DNA of 64,000 bases, from contig CATNEN010000038.1 in NCBI GenBank assembly GCA_950097015.1, forward strand, positions 15,748,001-15,812,000. Direction: 5' to 3'. Position 1 is the first letter of the stretch, and the number at the start of each line of letters is the position of its first letter. Source of the stretch: Macrostomum hystrix (Eukaryota > Animalia > Platyhelminthes). The position numbers and the translations under genes are program-made. Below the pieces are notes generated by a model. The model was not told the origin of the DNA. It did not search any database and was given only the letters and a program-made list of their open reading frames with translations. Positions 1 to 14,577 of this stretch are shown piece after piece.

Positions 1-2964
1 GATCACACTCGAACTTCAGATCACACTCAAGCTTCAGATCACACTCAAACTTCAGATCACACTCAAACTTCAGATCACACTCAAACTTCAGATCACACTC
101 GAACTTCAGATCACACTCAAGCTTCAGATCACACTCAAACTTCAGATCACACTCAAACTTCAGATCACACTCAAACTTCAGATCACACTCAAGCTTCAGA
201 TCACACTCAAGCTTCAGATCACACTCAAACTTCAGATCACACTCAAGCTTCAGATCACACTCAAGCTTCAGATCACACTCAAGCCTCAGATCACACTCAA
301 GCTTCAGATCACACTCAAGCTTCAGATCACACTCAAGCTTCAGATCACACTCAAACTCAGATCACACTCAAACTTCAGATCACACTCAAACTCAGATCAC
401 ACTCAAACTTCAGATCACACTCAAACTTCAGATCACACTCAAACTCAGATCACACTCAAGCTTCAGATCACACTCAAACTTCAGATCACACTCAAACTTC
501 AGATCACACTCAAGCTTCAGATCACACTCAAGCCTCAGATCACACTCAAGCCTCAGATCACACTCAATTTCAGATCACACTCAAACTTCAGATCACACTC
601 AAACTCAGATCACACTCAAACTTCAGATCACACTCAAGCTTCAGATCACACTCAAACTCAGATCACACTCAAGCTTCAGATCACACTCAAACTTCAGATC
701 ACACTCAAACTTCAGATCACACTCAAACTTCAGATCACACTCAAACTCAGATCACACTCAAACTTCAGATCAGATTCACACTCAAGCCTCAGATCACACT
801 CAAGCTTCAGATCACACTCAAGCTTCAGATCACACTCAAGCTTCAGATCACACTCAAACTTCAGATCACACTCAAACTTCAGATCACACTCAAACTCAGA
901 TCACACTCAAACTTCAGATCACACTCAAACTTCAGATCACACTCAAACTTCAGATCACACTCAAGCTTCAGATCACACTCAAACTTCAGATCACACTCAA
1001 ACTTCAGATCACACTCAAAGCTTCAGATCACACTCAAGCCTCAGATCACACTCAAGCCTCAGATCACACTCAATCTTCAGATCACACTCAAACTTCAGAT
1101 CACACTCAAACTCAGATCACACTCAAACTTCAGATCACACTCAAGCTTCAGATCACACTCAAACTCAGATCACACTCAAGCTTCAGATCACACTCAAACT
1201 TCAGATCACACTCAAACTTCAGATCACACTCAAACTTCAGATCACACTCAAACTCAGATCACACTCAAACTTCAGATCACACTCAAGCCTCAGATCACAC
1301 TCAAGCCTCAGATCACACTCAAACTTCAGATCACACTCAAACTTCAGATCACACTCAAACTTCAGATCACACTCAAACTTCAGATCACACTCAAACTTCA
1401 GATCACACTCAAACTTCAGATCACACTCAAACTTCAGATCACACTCAAACTTCAGATCACACTCAAACTTCAGATCACACTCAAACTTCAGATCACACTC
1501 AAGCTTCAGATCACACTCAAGCTTCAGATCACACTCAAACTTCAGATCACACTCAAGCCTCAGATCACACTCAAGCTCAGATCACACTCAAGCCTTCAGA
1601 TCACACTCAAGCTTCAGATCACACTCAAACTTCAGATCACACTCAAACTTCAGATCACACTCAATTTCAGATCACACTCAAACTTCAGATCACACTCAAG
1701 CTTCAGATCACACTCAAGCTTCAGATCACACTCAAGCTTCAGATCACACTCAAGCCTCAGATCACACTCAAGCCTCAGATCACACTCAAGCCTCAGATCA
1801 CACTCAAGCCTCAGATCACACTCGAACTTCAGATCACACTCAAGCCTCAGATCACACTCAAGCTTCAGATCACACTCAAGCTTCAGATCACACTCAAGCT
1901 TCAGATCACACTCGAACTTCAGATCACACTCAAGCTTCAGATCACACTCAAGCTTCAGATCACACTCAAGCTTCAGATCACACTCAAACTCAGATCACAC
2001 TCAAGCTTCAGATCACACTCAAACTTCAGATCACACTCAAACTTCAGATCACACTCAAACTTCAGATCACACTCAAACTCAGATCACACTCAAACTTCAG
2101 ATCACACTCAAGCCTCAGATCACACTCAAGCCTCAGATCACACTCAAACTTCAGATCACACTCAAACTTCAGATCACACTCAAACTCAGATCACACTCAA
2201 ACTTCAGATCACACTCAAACTTCAGATCACACTCAAACTTCAGATCACACTCAAACTTCAGATCACACTCAAACTTCAGATCACACTCAAGCCTCAGATC
2301 ACACTCAAGCCTCAGATCACACTCAAGCCTCAGATCACACTCAAGCTTCAGATCACACTCAAACTTCAGATCACACTCAAACTTCAGATCACACTCAATT
2401 TCAGATCACACTCAAACTTCAGATCACACTCAAGCTTCAGATCACACTCAAGCTTCAGATCACACTCAAGCTTCAGATCACACTCAAGCCTCAGATCACA
2501 CTCAAGCCTCAGATCACACTCAAGCCTCAGATCACACTCAAGCCTCAGATCACACTCAAGCCTCAGATCACACTCAAGCTTCAGATCACACTCAAGCTTC
2601 AGATCACACTCAAGCTTCAGATCACACTCGAACTTCAGATCACACTCAAGCTTCAGATCACACTCAAGCTTCAGATCACACTCAAGCTTCAGATCACACT
2701 CAAGCTTCAGATCACACTCAAGCTTCAGATCACACTCGAACTTCAGATCACACTCAAGCTTCAGATCACACTCAAGCTTCAGATCACACTCAAGCTTCAG
2801 ATCACACTCAAACTCAGATCACACTCAAGCTTCAGATCACACTCAAGCTTCAGATCACACTCAAACTCAGATCACACTCAAGCTTCAGATCACACTCAAG
2901 CTTCAGATCACACTCAAACTTCAGATCACACTCAAGCTTCAGATCACACTCAAACTTCAGATCA
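1..2964. repeat. 18-bp tandem satellite (GATCACACTCAA[A/G]CTTCA)n, runs off the window start
   Basis: Directly visible; about 165 near-identical units with 1-nt indel variants. Ends ~40 bp before the protocadherin acceptor at 3002. Confidence 0.98.
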
Positions 2965-3029
2965 TTAAGTGATTAAGAATCATATTAAAACCAATTTTGT
3001 AGGTGAAGCCTGTCGAGGAAGCCTACGAA

Positions 3030-6000
3030 ATGCGGCATCTACTTTTCTCCATGGCAACAGTTGCTATGGCACTGATGCTAAATGCAATTATCACCGTGGC
3101 CTACTCGCCGCAGGCCACCTTTCAGCTAGACGAAGAGCTTCCGGCAGGCGCCTCGGTTGGCAGCATCCGGGATGCCCTGCGACACAGCCTGACTGCGGAA
3201 GAATTGGCAAATATCAGCGTGCGACTTTACCTGCCTGAGGATCCTTTGGCCCGCCTGTTTCAGGTTTGAATTGCAGTGCAGCCTAGCTGAACTGGTTGAG
3301 AAACTATACCTGTAAACTTATTTTTCAAATCACTGTCTAATCAAGAATTAGAACTGGGGTCGGCAAACTTATTAGCTGGCGGACCAAAGAGAGAACCTAA
3401 AATACTACAGCGGGCTGCATTGACTGTAGAAATATGAGATAGGGGAGAGATAAGACATGGGAGAGATAAGACAGGCGAGAGATAAGACAGGGGAGAGATG
3501 AGACACGAGAGATGAGACAGGGGAGAGATAAGACAGGGGAGAGATAAGAGATAAGACAGGGGAGAGATGAGACACGAGAGATGAGACAGGGGAGAGATAA
3601 GACAGGGGAGAGATAAGACAGGGGAGAGATGAGACACGAGAGATGAGACAGGGGAGAGATGAGACAGGGGAGAGATGAGACACGAGAGATGAGACAGGGG
3701 AGAAATGAGACACGGGAGATATAAGACACGGGAGAGATGAGACACGAGAGAGATGAGACACGGGATAGATAAGACACGGGAGAGATGAGACACGGGAGAG
3801 ATGAGACACGGGAGGGATGAGGCACGGGAGAGATGAGACACGGGAGGAATGAGACACGGGAGGAATGAGACAGGGAAGAGATGAGACAGGGGAGAGATGA
3901 GACACGGGAGAGATGAGACACGAGAGAGATGAGACACGGGATGGATAAGACACGGGAGAGATGAGACACGGGATGGATAAGACACGGGAGGGATGAGGCA
4001 CGGGAGAGATGAGACACGGGAGGAATGAGACACGGGAGAGATAAGACAGGGGAGAGATGAGACAGAAGAAAGAGGAGACAGAGGAAAGATGAGACAGGAA
4101 AGATGAGACAGGAAAGATGAGACAGGATACTGTTGGTGTTCGAAGGGGCAACGGGCCGGATTTGGAAGTTTCTAGTGCCGCAACTTGCCCGCGGGCCGGA
4201 GTTTGCCGACCCCCCTGAATTAAAGCGAAGTATCGACACTGAAAACCACATTCCAGGTGTTGCCGAACGGTTCAGTTTTCACCAGCCAGCAGATCGATCG
4301 CGATCGTCTCTGCGAGCGTCGAAGCCTCTGCTGCGATCGGGACATGCGGCAGACTAGCTCGACGGGCGGGCCGCCGCCCCACTGCCTGTTGAAATTTGAT
4401 GTGTCAGTCACAACAATTGTTAATAGGCGCTTCCTGATGCCGACTGTTGACATTCAGCTGACGGACCTCAATGATAACCAGCCAGTGTTCCCACGGTCTA
4501 GGTAACAAAAAAAATTCTGTGGGGAAAAAACTTAGAGAGAAGGAAGTCCTTTCCAACCGTAGAAAAAAGATTTTTCCAGGAGGGTTGGGTGCAGTGGCAC
4601 ATCATTTGGTGACCAGCGAGGAGGCAATTCTGATCATTCCGCTGACTCCTGAACATACACATCACACATACCTGGGGAGATGCAGGCAGGTTTGGCCCTC
4701 AAGGGCGTAAATTGCAGGACAAGCCTCCGAGTTTTCTCTTGTTTTTACCTCTCGCACCAAGGTCCTGAGCTCGATTCCACGGCGAGGCCACATTAAATTT
4801 AGGCGAAGCTGCGAAGTGAAGGCTTGGGGGCCAACCTCAAAGGCACAGTGAAGTGTACACTGCCGGACGATAAGATACCAAGGGCTGATGTACACACCTT
4901 TGTGAGAGTGCGTATTTGTGCGTAAAGTATCTGTGTGCGGGTGTGCTCAGGAGTCAGCGAAATGGGCAGAATTGCCTCCTCGCTGGCTGCGGGTCTAGTT
5001 TCACCAAATGATGTGCCATTGCTACAGCCCTCCAGCAATTAATGTTATTATATTATTATTATTGTGACCTCTTCGCAGATTCGAGCTCAGGAACGCGTAG
5101 AACTTTCTGCCACCCAGCCCACCGTTTTGCCTTCTGCCTTCAATCTCACTGCAGGTACACCGTGCACTTCAAAGAGACCGACAAGATTGGCTCAGCCGTG
5201 GCTCTACCGATGGCTGAGGACGCCGATTGGGGTCGCAACGGCGTCGTTTCTTATCGCCTGGCCAGCACGGACGACGAAATCGGCAGCTCTCGGTTCGAAC
5301 TTCGAGAGGTTCGCGACAATTCGGACTCTTCGGGCTCCGCGCTGTCCTGGCGCAGTCTGGAACTGCTGAACCGAATGGCCATCGACAGGGAGGCGAAGTC
5401 CTGGTACGAGTTCAGCCTCACGGCGGAAGACGGCGGAGGCAAAGTCGGCCGGACGCTGCTCAACGTCACAATCGACGACGTGAACGATTGCAGTCCTGAG
5501 TTTGTGAACGCCAGCAGCGGTGCGAAACTGCGGGTTGACGTGCCAGAAGACACGAGAGCGCATTCAATCATCTTTAGTCTCAAGGCTGTTGATCGGGACG
5601 AAGGGCTTAACGGCCGAGTTGTGTACAGCCTGAGGCCCGGTAGGCGGCATCAGCACGCCACTGGCCTGTTTGGCGTTGATCCTTACTCCGGTCGGGTGTC
5701 TCTGAACAGCCAGCTGGTTTACCGGCGCGGAGAGATTAACTCTTACGACGTCTACGTGACTGCGCACGATTCTGGAACACCGAGAAGGTCCACTGAGATC
5801 TTTGTCGAGGTGAGTTAAAAGTTTTACCACAGACTCGACGCTTCGAAAGAAAATGAACGAAATGAAAAATACCCTTTCAGATTAATGTGCTGGACGTTAA
5901 CGATCACCGACCGATCATTCGAGTTCAGGGCCTGAGCAATGGTGCTGGTTTTAACGGCGTTCGAGTCAAGGAAAACTTCGAATACACTCGCCAGGAGGTC

Positions 6001-9000
6001 ATCGCCACGCTGCAGGCCGGCGACCTAGACGACGGCGAGAACGGCCGAGTGGCCTGCAAGCTGGCCTCCGGCGAGGAAAAGTTCGGCTTGCATTTTGTCA
6101 AAGCACAGGATGCTGGCACCGGCATCGTCTACTCGCTGTTCGCTGTGGGCACATTCGACCGCGAGAGCCAGCCAACAGTCAGCCTGACTGTGCAGTGCTG
6201 GGACCACGGCGCCAACCCTATACGCAGCGAGGCCGCCATTCGAGTCGAAGTCGAGGACATCAACGACTCGCCGCCGGTGTGGCGCCAGCCGGAGTACTCC
6301 TTCTCGATCCGAGAGAACCAGCCTGCCGGGAGTCACATTGGTCGGGTTTTGGCCGACGACGCCGACGCTCCGCCGAACGACGTCATCCGATACAGCATCG
6401 CGGAGGATGGGCCGTCCGCCAGGCGAGCGGTGAAAGTGAACGAAGCCACTGGCCAGCTGCTGACCACCGATGCGCTTGACAGGGAAGAGAGAAGCAGCTA
6501 CAGTTTCAAGGTTGTGGCCGCGAATACGGAGGCTCCGCACTTTTCTGCCACAGTCGGAGTCACCCTGCTGGTGCTCGATGTCAACGACAACGATCCGCGG
6601 TTTGACCAGGCCACGCCCTCCCAGGTCCTGGTGATGGAGGACGCATCGCCGATGACTCTGGTGGCGATGATCAACGTCACGGATGCCGATGAGCCGGGCG
6701 TCAAGAAGTTTCGCTTCTCAGTTGACAGCGAACACAGAAGACGAGCTTCTAAATTCAGAATCAGTGACCTCGGGGAGCTGATGCTGGTCGGCGGGCTCGA
6801 CCGAGAGGTGGACAGGGAGCACCGACTTCGCATCACCGTCACCGACAACGGCCTGCCGTCGAGATCCAGTTCCCTCAGCCTGACGGTGCTGGTTGGCGAT
6901 GTAAACGACACTCCGCCAACTTTTATCTTCCCGGATGGCCAGCGCGAGTTCAGTCAGGTGAAATCAATTATTCGGTTTTTGTTTTTTGATATTTTCGAAG
7001 TCGTTCAATTATCACCCTCTACCCCCACAATGTCCGCAGGTGAACATCTCGAACTCGCTGACACCCAACAGTCTGATTGCAAGCGTTCGGGCAAGAGACG
7101 AAGACGAAGGCCCCAACGGCAATGTCACCTACAGCCTGCTGTTTCCTTCGGCTGGCGACGAGACCGCCGAGCTGCGCCGCTACTTCCGCTTGGATCCAAT
7201 CACTGGCTACCTGTGGCTGCGTGCCAGCCTAGCCCACCTGGCCAATCCGACCGTTTTCTCTTTGAGATTGCGCGCCGCCGACTCCGGCCTAGAGAGGCAG
7301 GAGAAACGTGACGCATTGCTGAAGATTCTGGTCACTCCAGACTCTGGCAATGGCGTCAGCGGCGGTGGCGGCGGCAGCCGCGACGTCGATAATGGCGGCG
7401 GACGCGGCGGGGCCGGACCTCGCCAGGCAGTGTCGGACTCGCATCCTGTGCTGCTCATTGTGCTGCTGGCTGCCGGGCTGGCCGTCCTGCTTCTCCTGGT
7501 GCTGTTTCTGCTGGCTGTGTACTCAGTGTCAGCTCGGCGCCGCGGGCTGGCGGCCTCTGCGGCTCGCGGCTGCGATCTTGGCGGCGGCCTTTCAACTGCG
7601 GGTAAGGGGTAGGAGAACAGAGGGGTAGGAGAACAGGGGGTAGGAGAACAGAGGGGTAAGAGAGCAGAGGGACAGAGAATGAGGAATATGAGCAACAATT
7701 TCGTTAAATTGATTCTTTCAACTTGCTTGCAATCAAAGTCCAGTCTGTTTAATCAGCTAATTGCTTAAACTGATTAGATTAATTCTAATAATTTTTCTAC
7801 TTTTTCAGCAAAAATCTGAATTTCAGGCTTCTAATACATCTAAAAGCACTTGCTTTAAAAAGTAGCTTAATCAAGTTTTGTTGCCTAGCACGATAGTTGT
7901 TTCATTTGTTCAATAATATAATTGCCGTGTTTGCTTTTTTAGTCTGAAAAAAATTAAGCTCTTCTTTGGTAACGAATTTCGTTTGATTAATTTTGTTAAC
8001 ACTGATTTTTCACCAAATCTGACGGAAAATAAGTTTTTTAAAGTCACGGATGCAGAACAGGATTCACCGAGTTCATTTACCTCGCAGGCCAAAATATTTA
8101 TATAGCCAACCGCAGCAAGTCAGATTGAAATAGGGGCTTAAGAAGCGATCAGACATGTAGAGATGAGACACGGGAGAGATGAGACATGGGAGAGATGAGA
8201 CAAGGGAGAGATGAGACATGGGAGAGATGAGACACGGGAGAGATGAGACACGGGAGAGATGAGATATGGGAGAGATGAGACACGGGAGAGATGAGACACG
8301 GGAGAGATGAGACACGGGAGAGATGAGACACGGGAGAGATGAGACATGGGAGAGATGAGACACGGGAGAGATGAGACACGGGAGAGATGAGACACGGGAG
8401 AGATGAGACACGGGAGAGATGAGACACGGGAGAGATGAGACACGGGAGAGATGAGACACGGGAGAGATGAGACACGGGAGAGATGAGACACGGGAGAGAT
8501 GAGACACGGGAGAGATGAGACATGGGAGAGATGAGACACGGGAGAGATGAGACACGGGATTGTTGTTGAATCCAGCTTGATTCCAGCCTGAGTTTTCTGA
8601 CCCATGAAAATGGATGGCAAACAGCAACACAGCAGCTTGTCAGTTCCGATGTCGGCCCTGTGACATAGTCAAGCACAATAACAACTCAATCATAGTGAGC
8701 TGCTTGTTAATGGGAAGCCGGTGTTTTGGAAACAATGAGTATCACCATCTCACTGAGCTATCAGTTTTCCAGCCGGTGTAAACCTCTGCGTGACGACTGA
8801 CGTCTGTCATCTGCTTCATCTGTGCTCTTGCTTTAGCGAAAAAAAACACTAGAAAAAAGCTGAAAGAGATTGATGCAGAGGGAGATGAAGAGAGTTGTGT
8901 CGATACAGTTTTTTGGTAAGGTGATTTCGGAGAGTGATTTAGCTAATTTTGGTCGCCTCTAATGCACACAATACAATTGAGTTTTGTTGAGTGCATGCAT

Positions 9001-10724
9001 GCTTTACAGGCACTGATCTGAAACGGTTTTTTCCGAAATTCCCCCCATAGCAATACAAAAAACAACAGAAGAGACAAAAGCTTTAGAATCTTGCCTAATG
9101 TTTAGCCATGCCTAATTGTGAATATAGAAATTGTGCACAATTTACCAATTCTTAATTACTCAACACTTGAATTAGGTAATACCGGGACATGCCAAACGTT
9201 GCCAAAGACTGGCTCACAAACCTACGATTCACTGATGACGAAAGGGCGATTAGACCCAGCTGGTCAGGGCGTCACAACTGCTGGACAGTTCATTGTGAGT
9301 TGTGGGGTTTAGTAGGATCGTTTAGAGTACGTTTGTGTAGCTATTTGCCTCTCGCACCAAGGTCCCTGAGCTCGATTCCGCGGCGAGGCCACATTCATTT
9401 GAGGCGCTGCCGCGGAGAGAAGGCTTGGGGGCTTGTCGTACAATTTACGCCCTTGAGGGCCAACCTTCAAGGCAACAGTGAGTGTACACTGCCTGACGAT
9501 GAGCAAGTCAGGGCTGATGTACACACCTGTGTGAGCGTGTACCTGCGTACGGTATCTGTGTGCGTGTGTGTTTAGGAATCAGCGAAATTGGCAGAATTGC
9601 CTCCTGGCTGGCTGCTGGTATAGTGTCACCAAATGATGTGCCATTGTCCGCAGCCCGTACTATTATAAAAATAATTATATGTGTTAGTATTTTGCCAGTA
9701 CGAGGTATCGTACGAGTCAGAACGAATCGATTTCTAATCTCTCCCTACAATTATTCAAAATAAATGTACTTGAGGCAGTGTTATAATTATCTATTTATAA
9801 AACTCCATACTTTTCAGCCTATGGCAGTGACGAAAAATCGACGACAAAAGACCATAGACATGTTTGAGTTGGATAGCGCCGAGGAAATGCTGCACGGAGA
9901 CGGCGAGTTTGGTAAATAATGGGATTTTATACAGGAATTATGTTTTTTGAAAAAGTACAAGAATTTAACTTTGTGAAAAGCGTTACTTTATAAAGTTACT
10001 TTTCTCAGTACACTGCTGCTTTTTCAAGCAAAAGCAGTTTTTAGAAAGATTTCAATTTATGAGTCTGTATTAACAGAAATCGAAATAAATTTTTGTTGAA
10101 CTTAATTCTTATTACATTGATAGATAACAATGATTAGGAACTAAAATATTTCCTACTGGTTAGAGCGTCTGACTCATGACTTCGGAGGTCGAAGGTCGGA
10201 GGTTCGATTCCCGACACCACTAGAAAACTTGCGTCCTTTAGCAAGACTTTTAACTCTGCATTGCTTCAGTTGACCCAGCTGTTAAATGGGTGCCAGCATT
10301 AGCTGGGATGTAATTGAAGGTGGGCGTGGCGTCTCCCCAGTCCATGGACTGAACAGCCGTACGCAGCCTTCCGATGCACCGCGCAATAGCTGCGGCTGTG
10401 CTGTCGGCTGCACATCTAGTGTTGATATTAGAAAAATAACGACAAAAAAGGTTTTAACGACTCGTTTCTTTTTAGTTACTTGCTTACCAGTAAACTTAAT
10501 TATACTTGACTTTCCAAGCTCGACCATCCGCCTGCCACTCGGAGTCTGACCTGGCGGGCGGAGCTGCGCTGGACAGCAAGTCGCGACATAACCGGCGTCG
10601 TTTTGAAGATGCCGACGATGCTGACGACGATAGTTACAGCGGTCCGGGAGAAATGCACCAGAAACGGCATCATTACACAGCTGGTCCACCGGTGTGCTAC
10701 ACGCCATTGTGCACTAACAGATCT

Positions 10725-10770
<46 letters not shown>

Positions 10771-10874
10771 ACTCGAGGCGGCACTACGTGGTGTCTTCAT
10801 CAACCATCGCTGTAGTTTCACCGCCGGTTGATAAGCGACTGCGGGCTCCGTATGATAATATTAGCGATGTCTAG
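3030..10874 (+). CDS. Protocadherin (about 6 cadherin repeats, TM, cytoplasmic tail), 8 coding exons
   Basis: Exons 3030-3263, 4257-4501, 5155-5809, 5881-6957, 7040-7601, 9176-9294, 9818-9911, 10519-10874; all GT-AG and phase-consistent. Signal peptide MRHLLFSMATVAMALML. Cadherin Ca-binding motifs DLNDNQP, DVNDCSP, DVNDHRP, DINDSPP, DVNDNDP, DVNDTPP, plus LDRE and AxDxDxGxNG. TM segment LLIVLLAAGLAVLLLLVLFLLAV. The three cytoplasmic exons are less certain. Confidence 0.92.
3354..4217. mobile_element. hAT-like MITE (copy 1) with internal 16-bp minisatellite, in protocadherin intron 1
   Basis: TIRs CTGGGGTCGGCAAACT ... AGTTTGCCGACCCCCCTG. Imperfect 8-bp flanks AATTAGAA / AATTAAAG. Subterminal sequence is shared with the copy at 29693. 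Interior 3435-4125 is (GGAGAGATGAGACACG)n variants. Confidence 0.85.
4578..4715 (-). mobile_element. SINE family A, degenerate 3' fragment (antisense)
   Basis: Reverse complement matches the SINE A body/tail (GAATTGCCTCCTCGCTGG...CACCAAATGATGTGCCA; TTTACGCCCTTGAGGGCCAA). Confidence 0.75.
4745..5062 (+). mobile_element. SINE family A (tRNA-derived), 5'-truncated copy
   Basis: CTCTCGCACCAAGGTCCTGAGCTCGATTCC head (B-box-like); body shared with copies at 9.3, 15.5, 42.5 and 58.1 kb; (ATT)n tail. Confidence 0.85.
8160..8558. repeat. 16-bp minisatellite (CACGGGAGAGATGAGA)n
   Basis: Directly visible; same unit as the MITE interior but without TIRs. Confidence 0.95.
9303..9680 (+). mobile_element. 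SINE family A copy
   Basis: Aligns along its length with the copy at 42510-42866. Confidence 0.85.
10158..10418 (+). mobile_element. CORE-type SINE (family B) copy
   Basis: tRNA-like head (TGGTTAGAGCG ... GGTTCGATTCCC), then GTCCTTTAGCAAGACTTTTAACTCTGCATTGCTTCAGTTGACCCAGCTGTTAAATGGG. Homologous to the copy at 61970. Confidence 0.85.
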
Positions 10875-10924
10875 ACAATGCGATGTATCACTTATCCTAT
10901 CATTGCTTATGTAACTTATTCGAT

Positions 10925-13900
10925 TAAGGAATTGAATAGATTGCTAATCTATTCCTATTCGATAAAGGAATAGAATGTATTGCTAATCTATTCCTATTCG
11001 ATAAAGGGATAGAATGGATTGCTAATCTATTCCTATTCGATAAAGAAATAGAATGGATTGCTAATCTATTCCTATTCGATAAAGGAATAGAATGGATTGC
11101 TAATCTATTCCTATTCGATAAAGGAATAGAATGGATTGCTAATCTATTCCTATTCGATAAAGGAATAGAATGGATTGCTAATCTATTCCTATTCGATAAA
11201 GGAATAGAATGTATTGCTAATCTATTCCTATTCGATAAAGAAATAGAATGGATTGCTAATCTATTCCTATTCGATAAAGGAATAGAATGGATTGCTAATC
11301 TATTCCTATTCGATAAAGGAATAGAATGTATTGCTAATCTATTCCTATTCGATAAATGAATAGAATGGATTGCTAATCTATTCCTATTCGATAAAGAAAT
11401 AGAATGGATTGCTAATCTATTCCTATTCGATAAAGAAATAGAATGTATTGCTAATCTATTCCTATTCGATAAAGGAATAGAATGGATTGCTAATCTATTC
11501 CCATTCGATAAAGGAATAGAATGTATTGCTAATCTATTGCCATTCGATAAAGAAATAGAATGGATTGCTAATCTATTCCTATTCGATAAAGGAATAGAAT
11601 GTATTGCTAATCTATTGCCATTCGATAAAGAAATAGAATGGATTGCTAATCTATTGCCATTCGATAAGTAATAGAATGGATTGCTAATCTATTCCTATTC
11701 GATAAAGGAATAGAATGGATTGCTAATCTATTGCCATTCGATAAAGGAATAGAATGGATTGCTAATCTATTCCTATTCGATAAAGGAATAGAATGGATTG
11801 CTAATCTATTCCTATTCGATAAAGGAATAGAATGGATTGCTAATCTATTCCCATTCGATAAAGGAATAGAATGGATTGCTAATCTATTCCTATTCGATAA
11901 AGGAATAGAATGGATTGCTAATCTATTCCCATTCGATAAAGGAATAGAATGTATTGCTAATCTATTCCTATTCGATAAAGGAATAGAATGGATTGCTAAT
12001 CTATTCCTATTCGATAAAGGAGAAGAATTGATTGCTAATCTATTCCTATTCGATAAAGGAATAGAATGGATTGCTAATCTATTCCTATTCGATAAAGGAG
12101 AAGAATGGATTGCTAATCTATTCCTATTCGATAAAGGAGAAGAATGGATTGCTAATCTATTCCTATTCGATAAAGGAATAGAATGTATTGCTAATCTATT
12201 GCCATTCGATAAAGGAATAGAATGGATTGCTAATCTATTCCTATTCGATAAAGGAGAAGAATGGATTGCTAATCTATTCCTATTCGATAAAGGAATAGAA
12301 TGGATTGCTAATCTATTCCTATTCGATAAAGGAATAGAATGGATTGCTAATCTATTGCCATTCGATAAAGTAATAGAATGGATTGCTAATCTATTCCTAT
12401 TCGATAAAGGAATAGAATGTATTGCTAATCTATTCCCATTCGATAAAGAAATAGAATGTATTGCTAATCTATTCCTATTCGATAAAGGAATAGAATGGAT
12501 TGCTAATCTATTGCCATTCGATAAAGAAATAGAATGGATTGCTAATCTATTCCTATTCGATAAAGGAATAGAATGTATTGCTAATCTATTCCTATTCGAT
12601 AAAGGAATAGAATGGATTGCTAATCTATTCCCATTCGATAAAGGAATAGAATGGATTGCTAATCTATTCCTATTCGATAAAGGAATAGAATGGATTGCTA
12701 ATCTATTCCTATTCGATAAAGGAATAGAATGGATTGCTAATCTATTCCTATTCGATAAAGGAATAGAATGGATTGCTAATCTATTCCCATTCGATAAAGG
12801 AATAGAATGGATTGCTAATCTATTCCTATTCGATAAAGGAATAGAATGGATTGCTTATCTATTCCCATTCGATAAAGGAATAGAATGTATTGCTAATCTA
12901 TTCCTATTCGATAAAGGAATAGAATGGATTGCTAATCTATTCCTATTCGATAAAGGAGAAGAATTGATTGCTAATCTATTCCTATTCGATAAAGGAATAG
13001 AATGGATTGCTAATCTATTCCTATTCGATAAAGGAATAGAATGGATTGCTAATCTATTCCTATTCGATAAAGGAGAAGAATGGATTGCTAATCTATTCCT
13101 ATTCGATAAAGGAGAAGAATGGATTGCTAATCTATTCCTATTCGATAAAGAAATAGAATGGATTGCTAATCTATTCCTATTCGATAAAGGAATAGAATGT
13201 ATTGCTAATCTATTGCCATTCGATAAAGTAATAGAATGGATTGCTAATCTATTCCTATTCGATAAAGGAATAGAATGGATTGCTAATCTATTCCTATTCG
13301 ATAAAGAAATAGAATGGATTGCTAATCTATTCCTATTCGATAAAGGGATAGAATGGATTGCTAATCTATTCCTATTCGATAAAGGAATAGAATGGATTGC
13401 TAATCTATTCCTATTCGATAAAGGAGAAGAATGGATTGCTAATCTATTCCTATTCGATAAAGGAATAGAATGGATTGCTAATCTATTCCTATTCGATAAA
13501 GGAGAAGAATGGATTGCTAATCTATTCCTATTCGATAAAGGGATAGAATGGATTGCTAATCTATTCCTATTCGATAAAGGAGAAGAATGGATTGCTAATC
13601 TATTCCTATTCGATAAAGGAATAGAATGGATTGCTAATCTATTCCTATTCGATAAAGGAGAAGAATGGATTGCTAATCTATTCCTATTCGATAAAGGAAT
13701 AGAATGGATTGCTAATCTATTCCTATTCGATAAAGGAGAAGAATGGATTGCTAATCTATTCCTATTCGATAAAGGGATAGAATGGATTGCTAATCTATTC
13801 CTATTCGATAAAGGAATAGAATGTATTGCTAATCTATTCCCATTCGATAAAGGAATAGAATGGATTGCTAATCTATTCCTATTCGATAAAGGAATAGAAT

Positions 13901-14577
13901 GTATTGCTAATCTATTCCTATTCGATAAAGAAATAGAATGTATTGCTAATCTATTCCCATTCGATAAAGGAATAGAATGGATTGCTAATCTATTCCCATT
14001 CGATAAAGGAATAGAATGTATTGCTAATCTATTCCTATTCGATAAAGGGATAGAATGGATTGCTAATCTATTCCTATTCGATAAAGGAATAGAATGTATT
14101 GCTAATCTAGTCCTATTCGATAAAGGAATAGAATGGATTGCTAATCTATTCCTATTCGATAAAGGGATAGAATGGATTGCTAATCTATTCCTATTCGATA
14201 AAGGAATAGAATGTATTGCTAATCTAGTCCTATTCGATAAAGGAATAGAATGGATTGCTAATCTATTCCCATTCGATAAAGGAATAGAATGTATTGCTAA
14301 TCTATTCCTATTCGATAAAGGAATAGAATGGATTGCTAATCTATTCCTATTCGATAAAGGAATAGAATGTATTGCTAATCTATTCCTATTCGATAAAGGA
14401 ATAGAATGGATTGCTAATCTATTCCTATTCGATAAAGGAATAGAATGGATTGCTAATCTATTCCTATTCGATAAAGGAATAGAATGGATTGCTAATCTAT
14501 TCCCATTCGATAAAGGAATAGAATGGATTGCTAATCTATTCCTATTCGATAAAGGAATAGAATGGATTGCTAATCTG
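10925..14577. repeat. 39-bp palindromic tandem satellite (TTCGATAAAGGAATAGAATGGATTGCTAATCTATTCCTA)n
   Basis: Directly visible, about 93 units. Each unit has the inverted arms CTATTCCT/AGGAATAG. Confidence 0.98.

Noticed and set aside
8587-8693. Possible extra protocadherin cytoplasmic exon
   Set aside because: The available acceptors give immediate stops in the required phase, and exon 7601 joins 9176 cleanly without it.
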